This document shows, one piece after another, positions 18,140-26,693 of a stretch of 56,275 nucleotides of DNA. The stretch is from positions 1-56,275 of the forward strand of contig JBBTQL010000002.1 in the NCBI GenBank assembly GCA_038065715.1, in the 5' to 3' direction. Under the pieces are notes generated by a model. That model ran no database searches. It was not told the origin of the DNA and saw nothing but the letters and a program-made list of their open reading frames with translations. The stretch comes from Patescibacteria group bacterium. Lineage in GTDB: Bacteria > Patescibacteriota > Minisyncoccia > Minisyncoccales > Staskawiczbacteraceae. Numbering within the stretch: position 1 is the first letter of the stretch; each line of letters opens with the position of its first letter. A program made the position numbers and the translations under genes.

Positions 18140-18709
18140 TTACTCCTCGTGTTCACTCTCCGGGTAGAGAGTTAGCTCTGAAACGGGTTTCCATTTCTTC
18201 CCGTCCCACAAGCGGCTTCCGTTCGGAAGCTCCACGACATCGTTGTCGAACTGATCGTTGAAGGCCATCCAGTGATTGATATCCTTTCTGCACCGGAACT
18301 TCCCGCTGTGGCCCATGTCAGCGCTATACAACCTTGACCCCCACGGCACCGCCAGTAAGCGATATCCGTAATGATCTCCGCTGTTATGGCTGAACGTGGA
18401 CGCCACGACGAGAGCATCTCGCGAACCAATCCCTGCCAGTGCCTGATCAACTCCGACCAGGCAATCTAGCAACTCGACCTCCTGTCCGCGGAACACATAG
18501 ATCCGCTCCTCTTCCACGCCGAGGTTGGCGAAGCGCACGAAGTCCTCCTTTGGCCTGGGCTGGGGTTTGAACCCCACTTTCTCCAGTGCCAAGTTGAAGG
18601 CTTCGAGCACCTTCTCGCTTCCCATCTGGACATCCGAGTCCAGGGCGAACAAACGATCGATGCCACAGAAATCGTTGACCGGACCGACGAAGTAACGGTA
18701 AGTAGCCAT
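18140..18709 (-). CDS. Orphan protein A (189 aa), 1st cistron
   Basis: GC-rich ORF with GAAAGGA 9 nt upstream of the ATG. No motif recognised. Confidence 0.7.
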   Translation of the reverse strand: MATYRYFVGPVNDFCGIDRLFALDSDVQMGSEKVLEAFNLALEKVGFKPQPRPKEDFVRFANLGVEEERIYVFRGQEVELLDCLVGVDQALAGIGSRDALVVASTFSHNSGDHYGYRLLAVPWGSRLYSADMGHSGKFRCRKDINHWMAFNDQFDNDVVELPNGSRLWDGKKWKPVSELTLYPESEHEE

Positions 18710-18789
18710 GAGATTTGTTCCTTTCAGGAAAACGGGCTCTCTATGGCCCTAAATCAGGGGAAGCACCTATACTACAATGTACTATATTA

Positions 18790-18818
18790 AGTATATAATA
18801 CTCTAACCATATTGTCAA
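18790..18818 (-). promoter_or_regulatory. Sigma70-type promoter of the GC-rich operon
   Basis: Minus strand: TTGACA (18818-18813), a 17-nt spacer, TATACT (18795-18790), then TAATATA. Confidence 0.7.
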
Positions 18819-18863
18819 GGGGTCGTTCTTGCAAAGTGGAATAGGTGAGGAATAAAGCACCAT

Positions 18864-18892
18864 CCTTCGCTAAAGCTTCGGCATGGCGAAGC
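18864..18892. repeat. GC-rich palindromic repeat element, copy 2
   Basis: CCTTCGCTAAAGCTTCGGCATGGCGAAGC shares CCTTCGCT and AGCTTCGGCA-GGCGAAGC with the copy at 16346-16406. Hairpin GCTTCG-GCATGG-CGAAGC. Confidence 0.8.
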
Positions 18893-18969
18893 AACAAAGT
18901 CCTTTGGTTTTCTGACCATAGGGCTTTTTTATTTGCAAAAAATATGAGAATATGAAATAACAATTTTAT

Positions 18970-21939
18970 ATGGCATTAAATTTGTCTGAATTAAATAACG
19001 AACAAAAAGAGGCTGTTTTGCATAAAGACGGCCCGCTTTTAATTGTGGCCGGCGCAGGAACCGGAAAAACCACAGTTATTACTCAAAGAATAGTAAATTT
19101 AATTGAAAAAGGGCTGGCAAAACCCGAAGAAATTTTAGCTGTAACTTTTACCGAAAAAGCAGCTTCTGAAATGGAAGAAAGAGTAGACAGGCTTTTAGAA
19201 TATGGCTATGTTGATTTGTGGATTTCAACATTTCACTCGTTTTGCGAAAGGATTTTACGCGAAAACGCTTTAGATATTGGGCTTCCTTCTGATTTTAAAA
19301 TTTTAAATTCCACAGACGCATGGCTTTTAATCAGGCAAAATTTAGACAGATTTGACTTAGACTATTACAAAGCTTTGGGCAATCCTGCAAAATTTATACA
19401 GGCATTAATTTACCATTTTTCACACTGCAAAGACCAGGAAATTTATCCTGAAAATTATTTGGAATATGCAGATAATTTAAAAACAAGAGACGATGCTCCA
19501 GAAACAGAAGAAATAGAAAGAATAAAAGAGGTGGCAAATGCTTATCATATTTATCAGCAGATACTTTTAGAAAATAGTTTTTTGGATTTTGGCGATTTGA
19601 TAAATTATTGTTTAAAGTTATTTAAAAAACGCCAGTTAATTTTAAAAAAATATCAGGAAAAGTTTAAGTATATTTTAGTTGACGAGTTTCAAGATACAAA
19701 CTGGTCGCAGTATGAGCTTGTAAAAATGCTGGCTGAACCAAAAAATAATTTAACTGTCTGCGCCGACGACGATCAGGCAATTTATAGGTGGCGAGGGGCG
19801 AGTTTTTCAAATATAGTGCAGTTTATAAACGATTTTAAAACATCTAAACAAATTTCTTTGATTAAAAATTACAGGTCAAGCCAAAATATTTTGGATTTAT
19901 CATATAAATTTATAAAGCAAAACGATCCAGATAGATTAGAATTTGTAAATAAAATTGATAAAAAACTTGTTGCCATGCCTACCGGCAGGCAGGCAGAAAT
20001 AAAAGAAGAAGGAATCATAGAGCACATTCATGCAACAACATTAGATGAAGAAGTTGGCAAAACAATAAGAAAAATTTTAGAAATTTTAAAAAAAGATAAA
20101 GATGCAGATTATAATGATTTTGCTATTTTAGTAAGGGCAAATGATTCTGCCGTGCCCTTTATTAAAGCATTAGACAGAGCTAATTTACCTTATCAATTTT
20201 TGGCTTCCCGCGGGCTATATTCAAAACCCTGTGTTTTAGACGTTATTTCATATTTTAAGCTTTTAGACAATTACCACGAGAGCGCCGCGGTTTACAGAAT
20301 TTTAAATTTAGAATTTTTAGAAATTTTAGACACAGACATTGCAAAACTTACCCAGTACAGCCATAAAAAAACAAAATCTCTTTTTGAAACATTAGAAGAG
20401 CTCCCTTTGGTGCAAGGCATTTCTAAAAAAACGCAAGAAAAAGTTGCTTTTATTTTAAGCTTAATAAAAAAGCACAGTTTAGCTGCCCGCGAGAAATCAG
20501 CTTCAGAAATATTGGTCGCCTTTTTGGAAGATTCTGGATATTTAAAAAATTTAATTGATAATAATCAACAAGAAAAAATTGATTTGTTAAACCAGTTCTA
20601 TAAAAAAATAAAAAGTTTTGAAGAGGCAGCCGCAGACTCTTCTTTAAAAAATTTTGTTGAAAAAATTAATATGGAATTGGAATCTGGCGAGGAAGGGAAA
20701 CTGGAATTTGATCCAGAACAGGGACCAGATATGATAAAAGTAATGACAATCCACGGAGCAAAAGGATTAGAGTTTAAATATGTGTTTTTGGCGAATATGG
20801 TTGATAAAAGGTTTCCTACAATTGGAAGAAAAGATCCAATTGAGCTTCCAGATGAATTAATTAAAGACATAAAGCCAAAGGGAGATGTCCATTTGCAGGA
20901 GGAAAGGCGAATTTGCTATGTGGCAATGACAAGGGCAAAAAAGGGGCTTTATTTCACTTCAGCTGATGATTATGGCGGGCAAAGAAAGAAAAAATTATCG
21001 CGCTTTTTAGTTGAAATGGGATATAGTGAAAAATCCCAAAGCCCAAATCTCAAAGCCCAAAACGGGGTATTGGCGGAGAAGATTTCGGCGCCGGAGTTAA
21101 AGAAAAAAGTAAAACCAGAATATCTGCCTGCGCATTTTTCTTTTTCGCAATTGGCTGCTTTTGAAAAATGCCCTTTGCAATATAAATTTGGCTTTATTAT
21201 GAAAGTTCCTGTGCGGGGCAAAGCAGTTTTTTCTTTTGGAAAAACAATGCACAACACTTTGTATAGTTTTTTGAAAAATATTAACGGAAACAATAATATA
21301 AAACAAGAAAATTTATTTGGTTTTTCAGAGAAGCTGATACAAGAAAAGAAACATAAAAATTTTGATTATCTCATAGAACTATATGAAAAGAACTGGATTG
21401 ATGAATGGTATCCTGATAAAAAAAATAAAGACGAATACTATAAATTAGGCAAGCAAATATTAAAAGATTTTTATGCGCAATTTGAAAAAGATGAGCCAAA
21501 AATTTTAAAAATAGACCATTCGCCGGGCTCAGGGCAAGCTACATTAGCATTAGAACTGCCGTTTAATTTAAAGATAGCAGATTACACTTTATTTGGAGTA
21601 ATTGACCGCATAGATGAATTAGAAAATGGCGTTGAAATTATTGATTATAAAACAGGCGCATCAAAAAATAAATTAGATTTTGAAAATAAAGAACAGCTTT
21701 TAATATATCAAATTGCGGCAGAAGAAGTGTTAAAAATAAAGCCAAAACAGCTTTCGTATTATTATTTGGAAGAAAATAAAAAAGCATCATTTTTGGGGAC
21801 AGAAAAAGAAATTGCTTCCCAAAAAGAAAAAATAATTAAAGAAATAGAAAAAATAAAAAACAGCGAATTTAAGGCAACTCCTGGCTGGCAGTGCCAATAT
21901 TGCGACTTCCGCGACATTTGCGATTTTGCCCAGCGCTAA
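18970..21939 (+). CDS. UvrD/PcrA-type helicase fused to a C-terminal PD-(D/E)XK (AddB/Cas4-like) nuclease domain
   Basis: Walker A AGAGTGKTT, DEFQDT, and a C-terminal IDYKTG plus Cys cluster (EKCPLQY ... CQYCDFRDIC). Confidence 0.88.
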   Translation: MALNLSELNNEQKEAVLHKDGPLLIVAGAGTGKTTVITQRIVNLIEKGLAKPEEILAVTFTEKAASEMEERVDRLLEYGYVDLWISTFHSFCERILRENALDIGLPSDFKILNSTDAWLLIRQNLDRFDLDYYKALGNPAKFIQALIYHFSHCKDQEIYPENYLEYADNLKTRDDAPETEEIERIKEVANAYHIYQQILLENSFLDFGDLINYCLKLFKKRQLILKKYQEKFKYILVDEFQDTNWSQYELVKMLAEPKNNLTVCADDDQAIYRWRGASFSNIVQFINDFKTSKQISLIKNYRSSQNILDLSYKFIKQNDPDRLEFVNKIDKKLVAMPTGRQAEIKEEGIIEHIHATTLDEEVGKTIRKILEILKKDKDADYNDFAILVRANDSAVPFIKALDRANLPYQFLASRGLYSKPCVLDVISYFKLLDNYHESAAVYRILNLEFLEILDTDIAKLTQYSHKKTKSLFETLEELPLVQGISKKTQEKVAFILSLIKKHSLAAREKSASEILVAFLEDSGYLKNLIDNNQQEKIDLLNQFYKKIKSFEEAAADSSLKNFVEKINMELESGEEGKLEFDPEQGPDMIKVMTIHGAKGLEFKYVFLANMVDKRFPTIGRKDPIELPDELIKDIKPKGDVHLQEERRICYVAMTRAKKGLYFTSADDYGGQRKKKLSRFLVEMGYSEKSQSPNLKAQNGVLAEKISAPELKKKVKPEYLPAHFSFSQLAAFEKCPLQYKFGFIMKVPVRGKAVFSFGKTMHNTLYSFLKNINGNNNIKQENLFGFSEKLIQEKKHKNFDYLIELYEKNWIDEWYPDKKNKDEYYKLGKQILKDFYAQFEKDEPKILKIDHSPGSGQATLALELPFNLKIADYTLFGVIDRIDELENGVEIIDYKTGASKNKLDFENKEQLLIYQIAAEEVLKIKPKQLSYYYLEENKKASFLGTEKEIASQKEKIIKEIEKIKNSEFKATPGWQCQYCDFRDICDFAQR

Positions 21940-21960
21940 AAATCTAAAAATTTAAAAAAC

Positions 21961-22821
21961 ATGGCTCAAGATAAATACAATGCTCAAGACAAATATAATT
22001 CAGTTTGGGTTTCACACTCTTCAATAGGGGATTTTTTAAAATGCCCAAGGCTTTATTTTTTACATAATGTTTATAAAAATGAGCATGGCAGAAAAATAAA
22101 CATAACCAGCCCCTCGCTTTCTTTGGGGATAGCAGTGCACGAAACATTAGAAGGGCTGACAAAATACAAAGCAGAAGAAAGATTTTTAAAACCATTGGAA
22201 GAAAGTTTTGAAGAAGAGTGGAAAAAAGTTGCAGGAAAACAGGGCGGGTTTAAAAACGAGCAAGAGGAAAAAGAAGCTAAGGAACGCGGAAAGAATATGA
22301 TATTAAAAGTTGCTAAAAATCCAGGACCGCTTTTGCACAAAACCGTAAAATTAAAGCCTGCAAATAATGATATGCCGCCAAACTTTTTTTTATCTGAAAA
22401 TGAAAATATTGTTCTTAACGGAAAAATAGATTGGTTGGAATATATTGAGGAAGATGATAGTATCCGTGTAATTGATTTTAAAACCGGCAAAAATGAAGAA
22501 AAAGAAAATTCGCTTCAACTTCCTATATATCTTTTACTTTTAAAGAATCTTCAAAAAAGAAAGGTTTCTGGCGCAGCCTATTGGTATTTAGACCGTGATG
22601 ACGAGCCGGTTTCAGCTAAATTGCCAGACGCTAGAAAAGCTTATGATGATGTGCTTTTAATTGCCAGAAAAATTAAAATTGCGAGAGAAAAAAAGGAATT
22701 TAATTGCCCGAAAGGGTCTGGCGGATGTTTTGCTTGCCATCCTTTTGAGAAAATATTGAAGGGAGAGGCGGAATTTATAGGAGTTGGAGGATATGGCCAA
22801 GAAATGTATTTATTGCCTTAA
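21961..22821 (+). CDS. PD-(D/E)XK nuclease (AddB/Cas4-like) with a Cys cluster
   Basis: FLKCPRLYF at the N-terminus, VIDFKTGK, and C-terminal CPKGSGGCFAC. Confidence 0.7.
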   Translation: MAQDKYNAQDKYNSVWVSHSSIGDFLKCPRLYFLHNVYKNEHGRKINITSPSLSLGIAVHETLEGLTKYKAEERFLKPLEESFEEEWKKVAGKQGGFKNEQEEKEAKERGKNMILKVAKNPGPLLHKTVKLKPANNDMPPNFFLSENENIVLNGKIDWLEYIEEDDSIRVIDFKTGKNEEKENSLQLPIYLLLLKNLQKRKVSGAAYWYLDRDDEPVSAKLPDARKAYDDVLLIARKIKIAREKKEFNCPKGSGGCFACHPFEKILKGEAEFIGVGGYGQEMYLLP

Positions 22822-22880
22822 ATTAAGATATGTAATATAATACATAAAATAATATATAAAAATTAATAATCGACAAAATT

Positions 22881-23360
22881 ATGAATAAAAAAACTTTAAT
22901 AATAATTTTAATAATAGTATTAATAATTATAATTGGCGGGGCATATTTTCTTTTCTTAAAGCCAGCGAATAATTCAAATGACAACAGGCAAACTGGCCAG
23001 CAAGACCAGAATCAAAACCAAATCAATTACCAAATTCAGGGAATGAAAATTGAAATATTAAAAGAGGGAAACGGCCAAGAAACAAAAAATGGTGACAATG
23101 TTACGGTAAATTATGTTGGAACCTTAACAGACGGAACTAAATTTGATTCAAGCATTGACAGAGGCCAGCCATTTTCTTTTCCATTGGGGGCTGGGCGCGT
23201 TATTAAAGGCTGGGATATGGGGGTTTTAGGAATGAAAATTGGGGAAAAAAGAAAATTAACAATTCCGCCGGAGCTAGGTTATGGAGCATTTGGAGCAGGA
23301 GAGGTAATTCCGCCAAACGCAACTTTGGTTTTTGAGGTTGATTTGTTAAAAATTAACTAA
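22881..23360 (+). CDS. FKBP-type peptidyl-prolyl isomerase, membrane anchored
   Basis: [16 protein letters not shown]...[15 protein letters not shown]...IPPELGYG. Confidence 0.9.
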   Translation: MNKKTLIIILIIVLIIIIGGAYFLFLKPANNSNDNRQTGQQDQNQNQINYQIQGMKIEILKEGNGQETKNGDNVTVNYVGTLTDGTKFDSSIDRGQPFSFPLGAGRVIKGWDMGVLGMKIGEKRKLTIPPELGYGAFGAGEVIPPNATLVFEVDLLKIN

Positions 23361-23401
23361 TTTTTAAAGGTCGTTCAGCGAAAAAATAAATATATAAAAA
23401 T

Positions 23402-23674
23402 ATGTTTTTTGGAATATTAATTATCACAATCGGCGTGGCAATTTTACTTAATGCTTTAGGGGTGTTTAATGGAGCATTTTGGGGAATTTTTTGGGGAGTT
23501 TTATTTATAGCAATTGGAATAAAATTAATGATTAAAAGAGGCATGTGCCCTATGTGCGGGTGGCGCGGATTTGAAGGAAAAATGCACAGTAAAATACACG
23601 AAAAAATGCACGGACATTGCTGTGAAGGCCATAATCACGGCAACGAAGAGCAAGAAGAAGAGCAAAACCACTAA
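23402..23674 (+). CDS. Small membrane protein with a His/Cys-rich tail
   Basis: Two TM helices followed by CPMCGW...HSKIHEKMHGHCCEGHNHG. Confidence 0.55.
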   Translation: MFFGILIITIGVAILLNALGVFNGAFWGIFWGVLFIAIGIKLMIKRGMCPMCGWRGFEGKMHSKIHEKMHGHCCEGHNHGNEEQEEEQNH

Positions 23675-23766
23675 TAAATAAACAAAAAATCGTCCTTTTA
23701 CAAGTTTGGGCGATTTTTTGTTTACGCACTTGCAAAATTAATTAAAAAAACATATTATTTAAAATT

Positions 23767-23841
23767 AGGGTCGTAGCTCAATGGGAGAGCGCCCGGAGCC
23801 ACGTGGTCTGGGAGGTGTGGGTTCGAGTCCCACCGACTCTA
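23767..23841 (+). tRNA. tRNA-shaped gene with a non-canonical expanded anticodon loop; identity unresolved
   Basis: Canonical acceptor (AGGGTCG/CGACTCT), D arm (GCTC-AATGGGA-GAGC) and T arm (GTGGG-TTCGAGT-CCCAC). The anticodon stem CCCGG/CTGGG encloses 11 nt, AGCCACGTGGT, instead of 7. Confidence 0.6.
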
Positions 23842-23903
23842 TTTCATTGTTCATTGAAAACTAGATTACCAATACTGAAAAACACAACCCAAGGAGAACC
23901 AAG

Positions 23904-24209
23904 ATGAAATTTTTAGCTGAGATTGCCGACCATGAATTGCTTCAAAAATTGGTTAGATGCAGAAACCCGATTAATATTGCTGGCATAAAAGCAGAAATTC
24001 TGCGCAGAATATCTCAAGTTACTCAAGCCGATACAGATCTAATCGATCAGATAGTCATTTTAGAAGAAGATATGAATGCCGTAGATTCAGATTTTATTGA
24101 ACCAACAGAAAAAATGAGAGAATTAGGTTTAGAATCTTTTGCAGTCAAGCAGCAACTGCTGAAAAGAATGAGCGATACTCAAACAACAATGGTGTTATGG
24201 AACAAATGA
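23904..24209 (+). CDS. Hypothetical 101-aa protein
   Basis: Strong SD AAGGAG 7 nt upstream and its own terminator downstream. No motif recognised. Confidence 0.55.
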   Translation: MKFLAEIADHELLQKLVRCRNPINIAGIKAEILRRISQVTQADTDLIDQIVILEEDMNAVDSDFIEPTEKMRELGLESFAVKQQLLKRMSDTQTTMVLWNK

Positions 24210-24221
24210 AAAGACATAAAG

Positions 24222-24253
24222 GCTCAAGGATTATCTTTGAGCTTATTTTTTTT
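24222..24253 (+). terminator. Intrinsic terminator
   Basis: GCTCAAGGA-TTA-TCTTTGAGC hairpin followed by a T-run. Confidence 0.7.
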
Positions 24254-24325
24254 GTTCAGGCAATCTATCACTCTTGACAGGCGATTGATAATTTTATAAG
24301 ATGAGTTATCAATCATTAATTTTAA

Positions 24326-24772
24326 GTGATAATGATAACAGAAAGGCAGGAAAAATTATTAAATTTTTTGATTAAAGAATATATAACCACAGCAGAACCT
24401 GTGAGCTCTATGGCGTTAAAAAAAGTTATTGATTTGGATGTTTGCTGCGCAACTATAAGAAACGATTTGCAGGTATTAGCTAAAGATGGATTTATAGAAC
24501 AGCCGCACACATCAGCTGGCAGAGTACCAACTAAAAAAGCATATAAATATTTTGTCTGGCTAAGCCAGATCTCGCGAAGCGAGACAGATAAAATAATTGC
24601 CGAGCAACAAAGAGAATTCGATAATTTTATTGAGAAACAAATTAAACAGGCGCATCAGGAAATGGAACAGGAAATAAAATTTATGGAGGAACTTATGGAA
24701 ACGCTTGAAAATGATAATTTATTTGAAATATTAAATATCTTAGACATATGGCACAAGAAAACAATGATGTAA
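24326..24772 (+). CDS. hrcA: HrcA heat-shock repressor, short form (winged-helix N-terminal domain only)
   Basis: ERQEKLLNFLIKEYITTAEPVSSMAL...ATIRNDLQVLAKDGFIEQPHTSAGRVPT. It sits upstream of grpE. At 148 aa it is far shorter than typical HrcA. Confidence 0.75.
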   Translation: MIMITERQEKLLNFLIKEYITTAEPVSSMALKKVIDLDVCCATIRNDLQVLAKDGFIEQPHTSAGRVPTKKAYKYFVWLSQISRSETDKIIAEQQREFDNFIEKQIKQAHQEMEQEIKFMEELMETLENDNLFEILNILDIWHKKTMM

Positions 24773-25263
24773 AAAATAACGAAGCAGATTTAAAAGCTAA
24801 ATGCGAAGAATATCTCAATGGCTGGAAAAGGGAACGGGCTGATTTTTTAAACTACAAAAAAGAGGAAATGGAAAGAATTGGCCAGCTAGTAAAATACGCC
24901 AATGAAGAAATAATCTTAAAGCTTTTGCCGATTTTGGATAATATTTGTCTGGCAGAGAGACATGTGCCAAAAGATTCCGCGAATACCGGGAATTCGCGGG
25001 AAAACGAGTGGGTTGAGGGTTTTTTGCAGATAAAAAAGCAGTTAGTGGATTTTTTAGAGAAGGAAGGTATAAAATCAATTGATGTCTTAGGTAAGCCTTT
25101 CGATGCAAACACTATGGAATCTGTTGGGGTTGGAGAGGCAAAACCCGCCTTCGTCAAAGACTTCGGCGAGGCGAAGGAGGGGATTATAGTTGAAGAGGTC
25201 CAACGTGGCCACACCCTGCATGGAAAACTAATCCGTCCCGCAAAAGTGAAAATTTCAAAATAA
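24748..25263 (+). CDS. grpE: Nucleotide exchange factor GrpE
   Basis: RERADFLNYKKE...LLPILDN...G.PFDAN...IRPAKVKISK pattern. Confidence 0.88.
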   Translation: MAQENNDVKNNEADLKAKCEEYLNGWKRERADFLNYKKEEMERIGQLVKYANEEIILKLLPILDNICLAERHVPKDSANTGNSRENEWVEGFLQIKKQLVDFLEKEGIKSIDVLGKPFDANTMESVGVGEAKPAFVKDFGEAKEGIIVEEVQRGHTLHGKLIRPAKVKISK

Positions 25264-25278
25264 TTAAAACAAAAATTT

Positions 25279-26301
25279 ATGGATAAAAAAGAATTAATAA
25301 AAAAAATTGAGGAACAGAGAAATTCAAAAGTTATTACCTACATAACCAGTGACAGGCAAGGGCCGGTGAATGCGCGAGTTGCTATGGATATTATTCCAAT
25401 AATTAGCAAGCAACTTAGGCAAATTGGAAAAGTGGAGAGTATAGATTTATTTTTGTACAGCACTGGCGGAGACACAATGGTTCCTTGGAGATTGGTCTCA
25501 ATGGTTAGGGAATACTGCGATAAATTTTCAGTTTTAATTCCGTACAAAGCCCACTCGGCCGCTTCAATGATTTCTTTGGGAGCTGATGAAATTGTAATGA
25601 CAGACTTGTCGGAACTTTCACCAATTGACCCGTCAACCGCAAATGTTTTTAATCCTGCCGACCCTCAAAATCCGCAAAGCAAAATTCCAATTTCTGTTGA
25701 GGATGTTATGGCATACTTTGATTTGGCAAAAAACAAATTTGGAATTAAAACCGACGAAGATTTAACAAAAATTTTCAACAAGTTTGTAGAATCTAATCCG
25801 CAGATTCACCCCTTGGCTTTGGGGAACGTAAACAGAACTCATAATTTAATAAGAAGATTGGCAGAAAGGCTTTTGAAAAGCCATAAAAACCCGATGAAAG
25901 ATGAGGAAATTACAAAAATTGTTGATTATTTCACAGAAAAACTTTATTCGCACCAATATTTTATTGGCAGAAAAGAAGCAAAGGAGGATTTAGGAGTAAA
26001 AACCGTTGTGGAAGCTCTGGCAGAATTGGCAAAAATAATGACAGAATTATTTGAAAGCTATGTTAAAGAAATGGAATTAGACAAACTCTGGAATCCGGAA
26101 ATGGAATTAGGTAATAATTTTCAAATACAAAAAGACCATAAAATTGCCTATATTGAAAGCGAAAAAATGGCAAACTATTTTGAACTTTCTTTAGATTATA
26201 AAAAAGGTCAGATAAATATACCTCAACAAACGCCCCAAGGCCTAATTCAGGTTCCTCAAGAACAAGTAATGTGGAAAGTTATCGGCCAGGGATGGAAGTA
26301 A
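25279..26301 (+). CDS. ClpP-fold serine protease of the SDH (serine dehydrogenase proteinase)/S49-like type
   Basis: ITSDRQGP...LYSTGGDTMVPWRLVSMVREY...PYKAHSAASMISLGADEIVM. Confidence 0.6.
   Translation: MDKKELIKKIEEQRNSKVITYITSDRQGPVNARVAMDIIPIISKQLRQIGKVESIDLFLYSTGGDTMVPWRLVSMVREYCDKFSVLIPYKAHSAASMISLGADEIVMTDLSELSPIDPSTANVFNPADPQNPQSKIPISVEDVMAYFDLAKNKFGIKTDEDLTKIFNKFVESNPQIHPLALGNVNRTHNLIRRLAERLLKSHKNPMKDEEITKIVDYFTEKLYSHQYFIGRKEAKEDLGVKTVVEALAELAKIMTELFESYVKEMELDKLWNPEMELGNNFQIQKDHKIAYIESEKMANYFELSLDYKKGQINIPQQTPQGLIQVPQEQVMWKVIGQGWK
26242..26301 (+). repeat. 60-bp direct repeat, copy 1 (3' end of the protease gene)
   Basis: 54 of 60 positions are identical to 27001-27060 (hand alignment). 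Confidence 0.9.
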
Positions 26302-26342
26302 TAATTTAGTAAATGAATTATTAATGTAAAATAAAATTAATT

Positions 26343-26693
26343 ATGCAAGTAAAAATAATAAAAGAAAAAATAAGTTTTAATGAGTTGAAGAATATCGCCG
26401 GTGATGGCTATGGTGAAATGGTAAAAGCAGTGGTTGATGTTGAAACGGGAATTATGGCGGTGGGGGGAGAATTGCACGCAGACGAGAGTGAGGAGTTGTT
26501 TGAGCATGGGTCAAAAAATGAGAACCTCTGGGGAGTAAACATTTATTTAGACAGGCCGAAAAATGATTATTTAGAATACAACTCTTTGATTAATGTAAAG
26601 CCATCGATTAACAGGTCAATGGATATTCAAAATTTAGAAGTAAAGGAAAAAATAATGAAAATTGTTAATAATTTGATAGAATGGAAAATATAG
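26343..26693 (+). CDS. Hypothetical 116-aa protein (possibly DUF5674-like, from memory)
   Basis: Coherent ORF that overlaps the next ORF by 13 nt. Confidence 0.5.
   Translation: MQVKIIKEKISFNELKNIAGDGYGEMVKAVVDVETGIMAVGGELHADESEELFEHGSKNENLWGVNIYLDRPKNDYLEYNSLINVKPSINRSMDIQNLEVKEKIMKIVNNLIEWKI

Noticed and set aside
17108-18666. ORF-track entries inside the GC-rich operon region on other frames or strands (17108-17326, 17399-17623, 17937-18167, 18172-18450, 18466-18666).
   Set aside because: They overlap the SD-led cistrons or the ribozyme motifs, lack SD and start context, and have Arg/Ser/Pro-rich shadow-frame composition typical of GC-rich DNA.
16700-18850. Assembly chimera as the explanation for the GC-rich islands.
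   Set aside because: This is not fully excluded but is judged unlikely from sequence alone. Several separate islands are each internal to the contig, and each is framed by AT-rich promoter and terminator sequences that resemble the signals of local tRNA genes. Contamination by engineered DNA remains an alternative. It is listed for checking under the lead finding.
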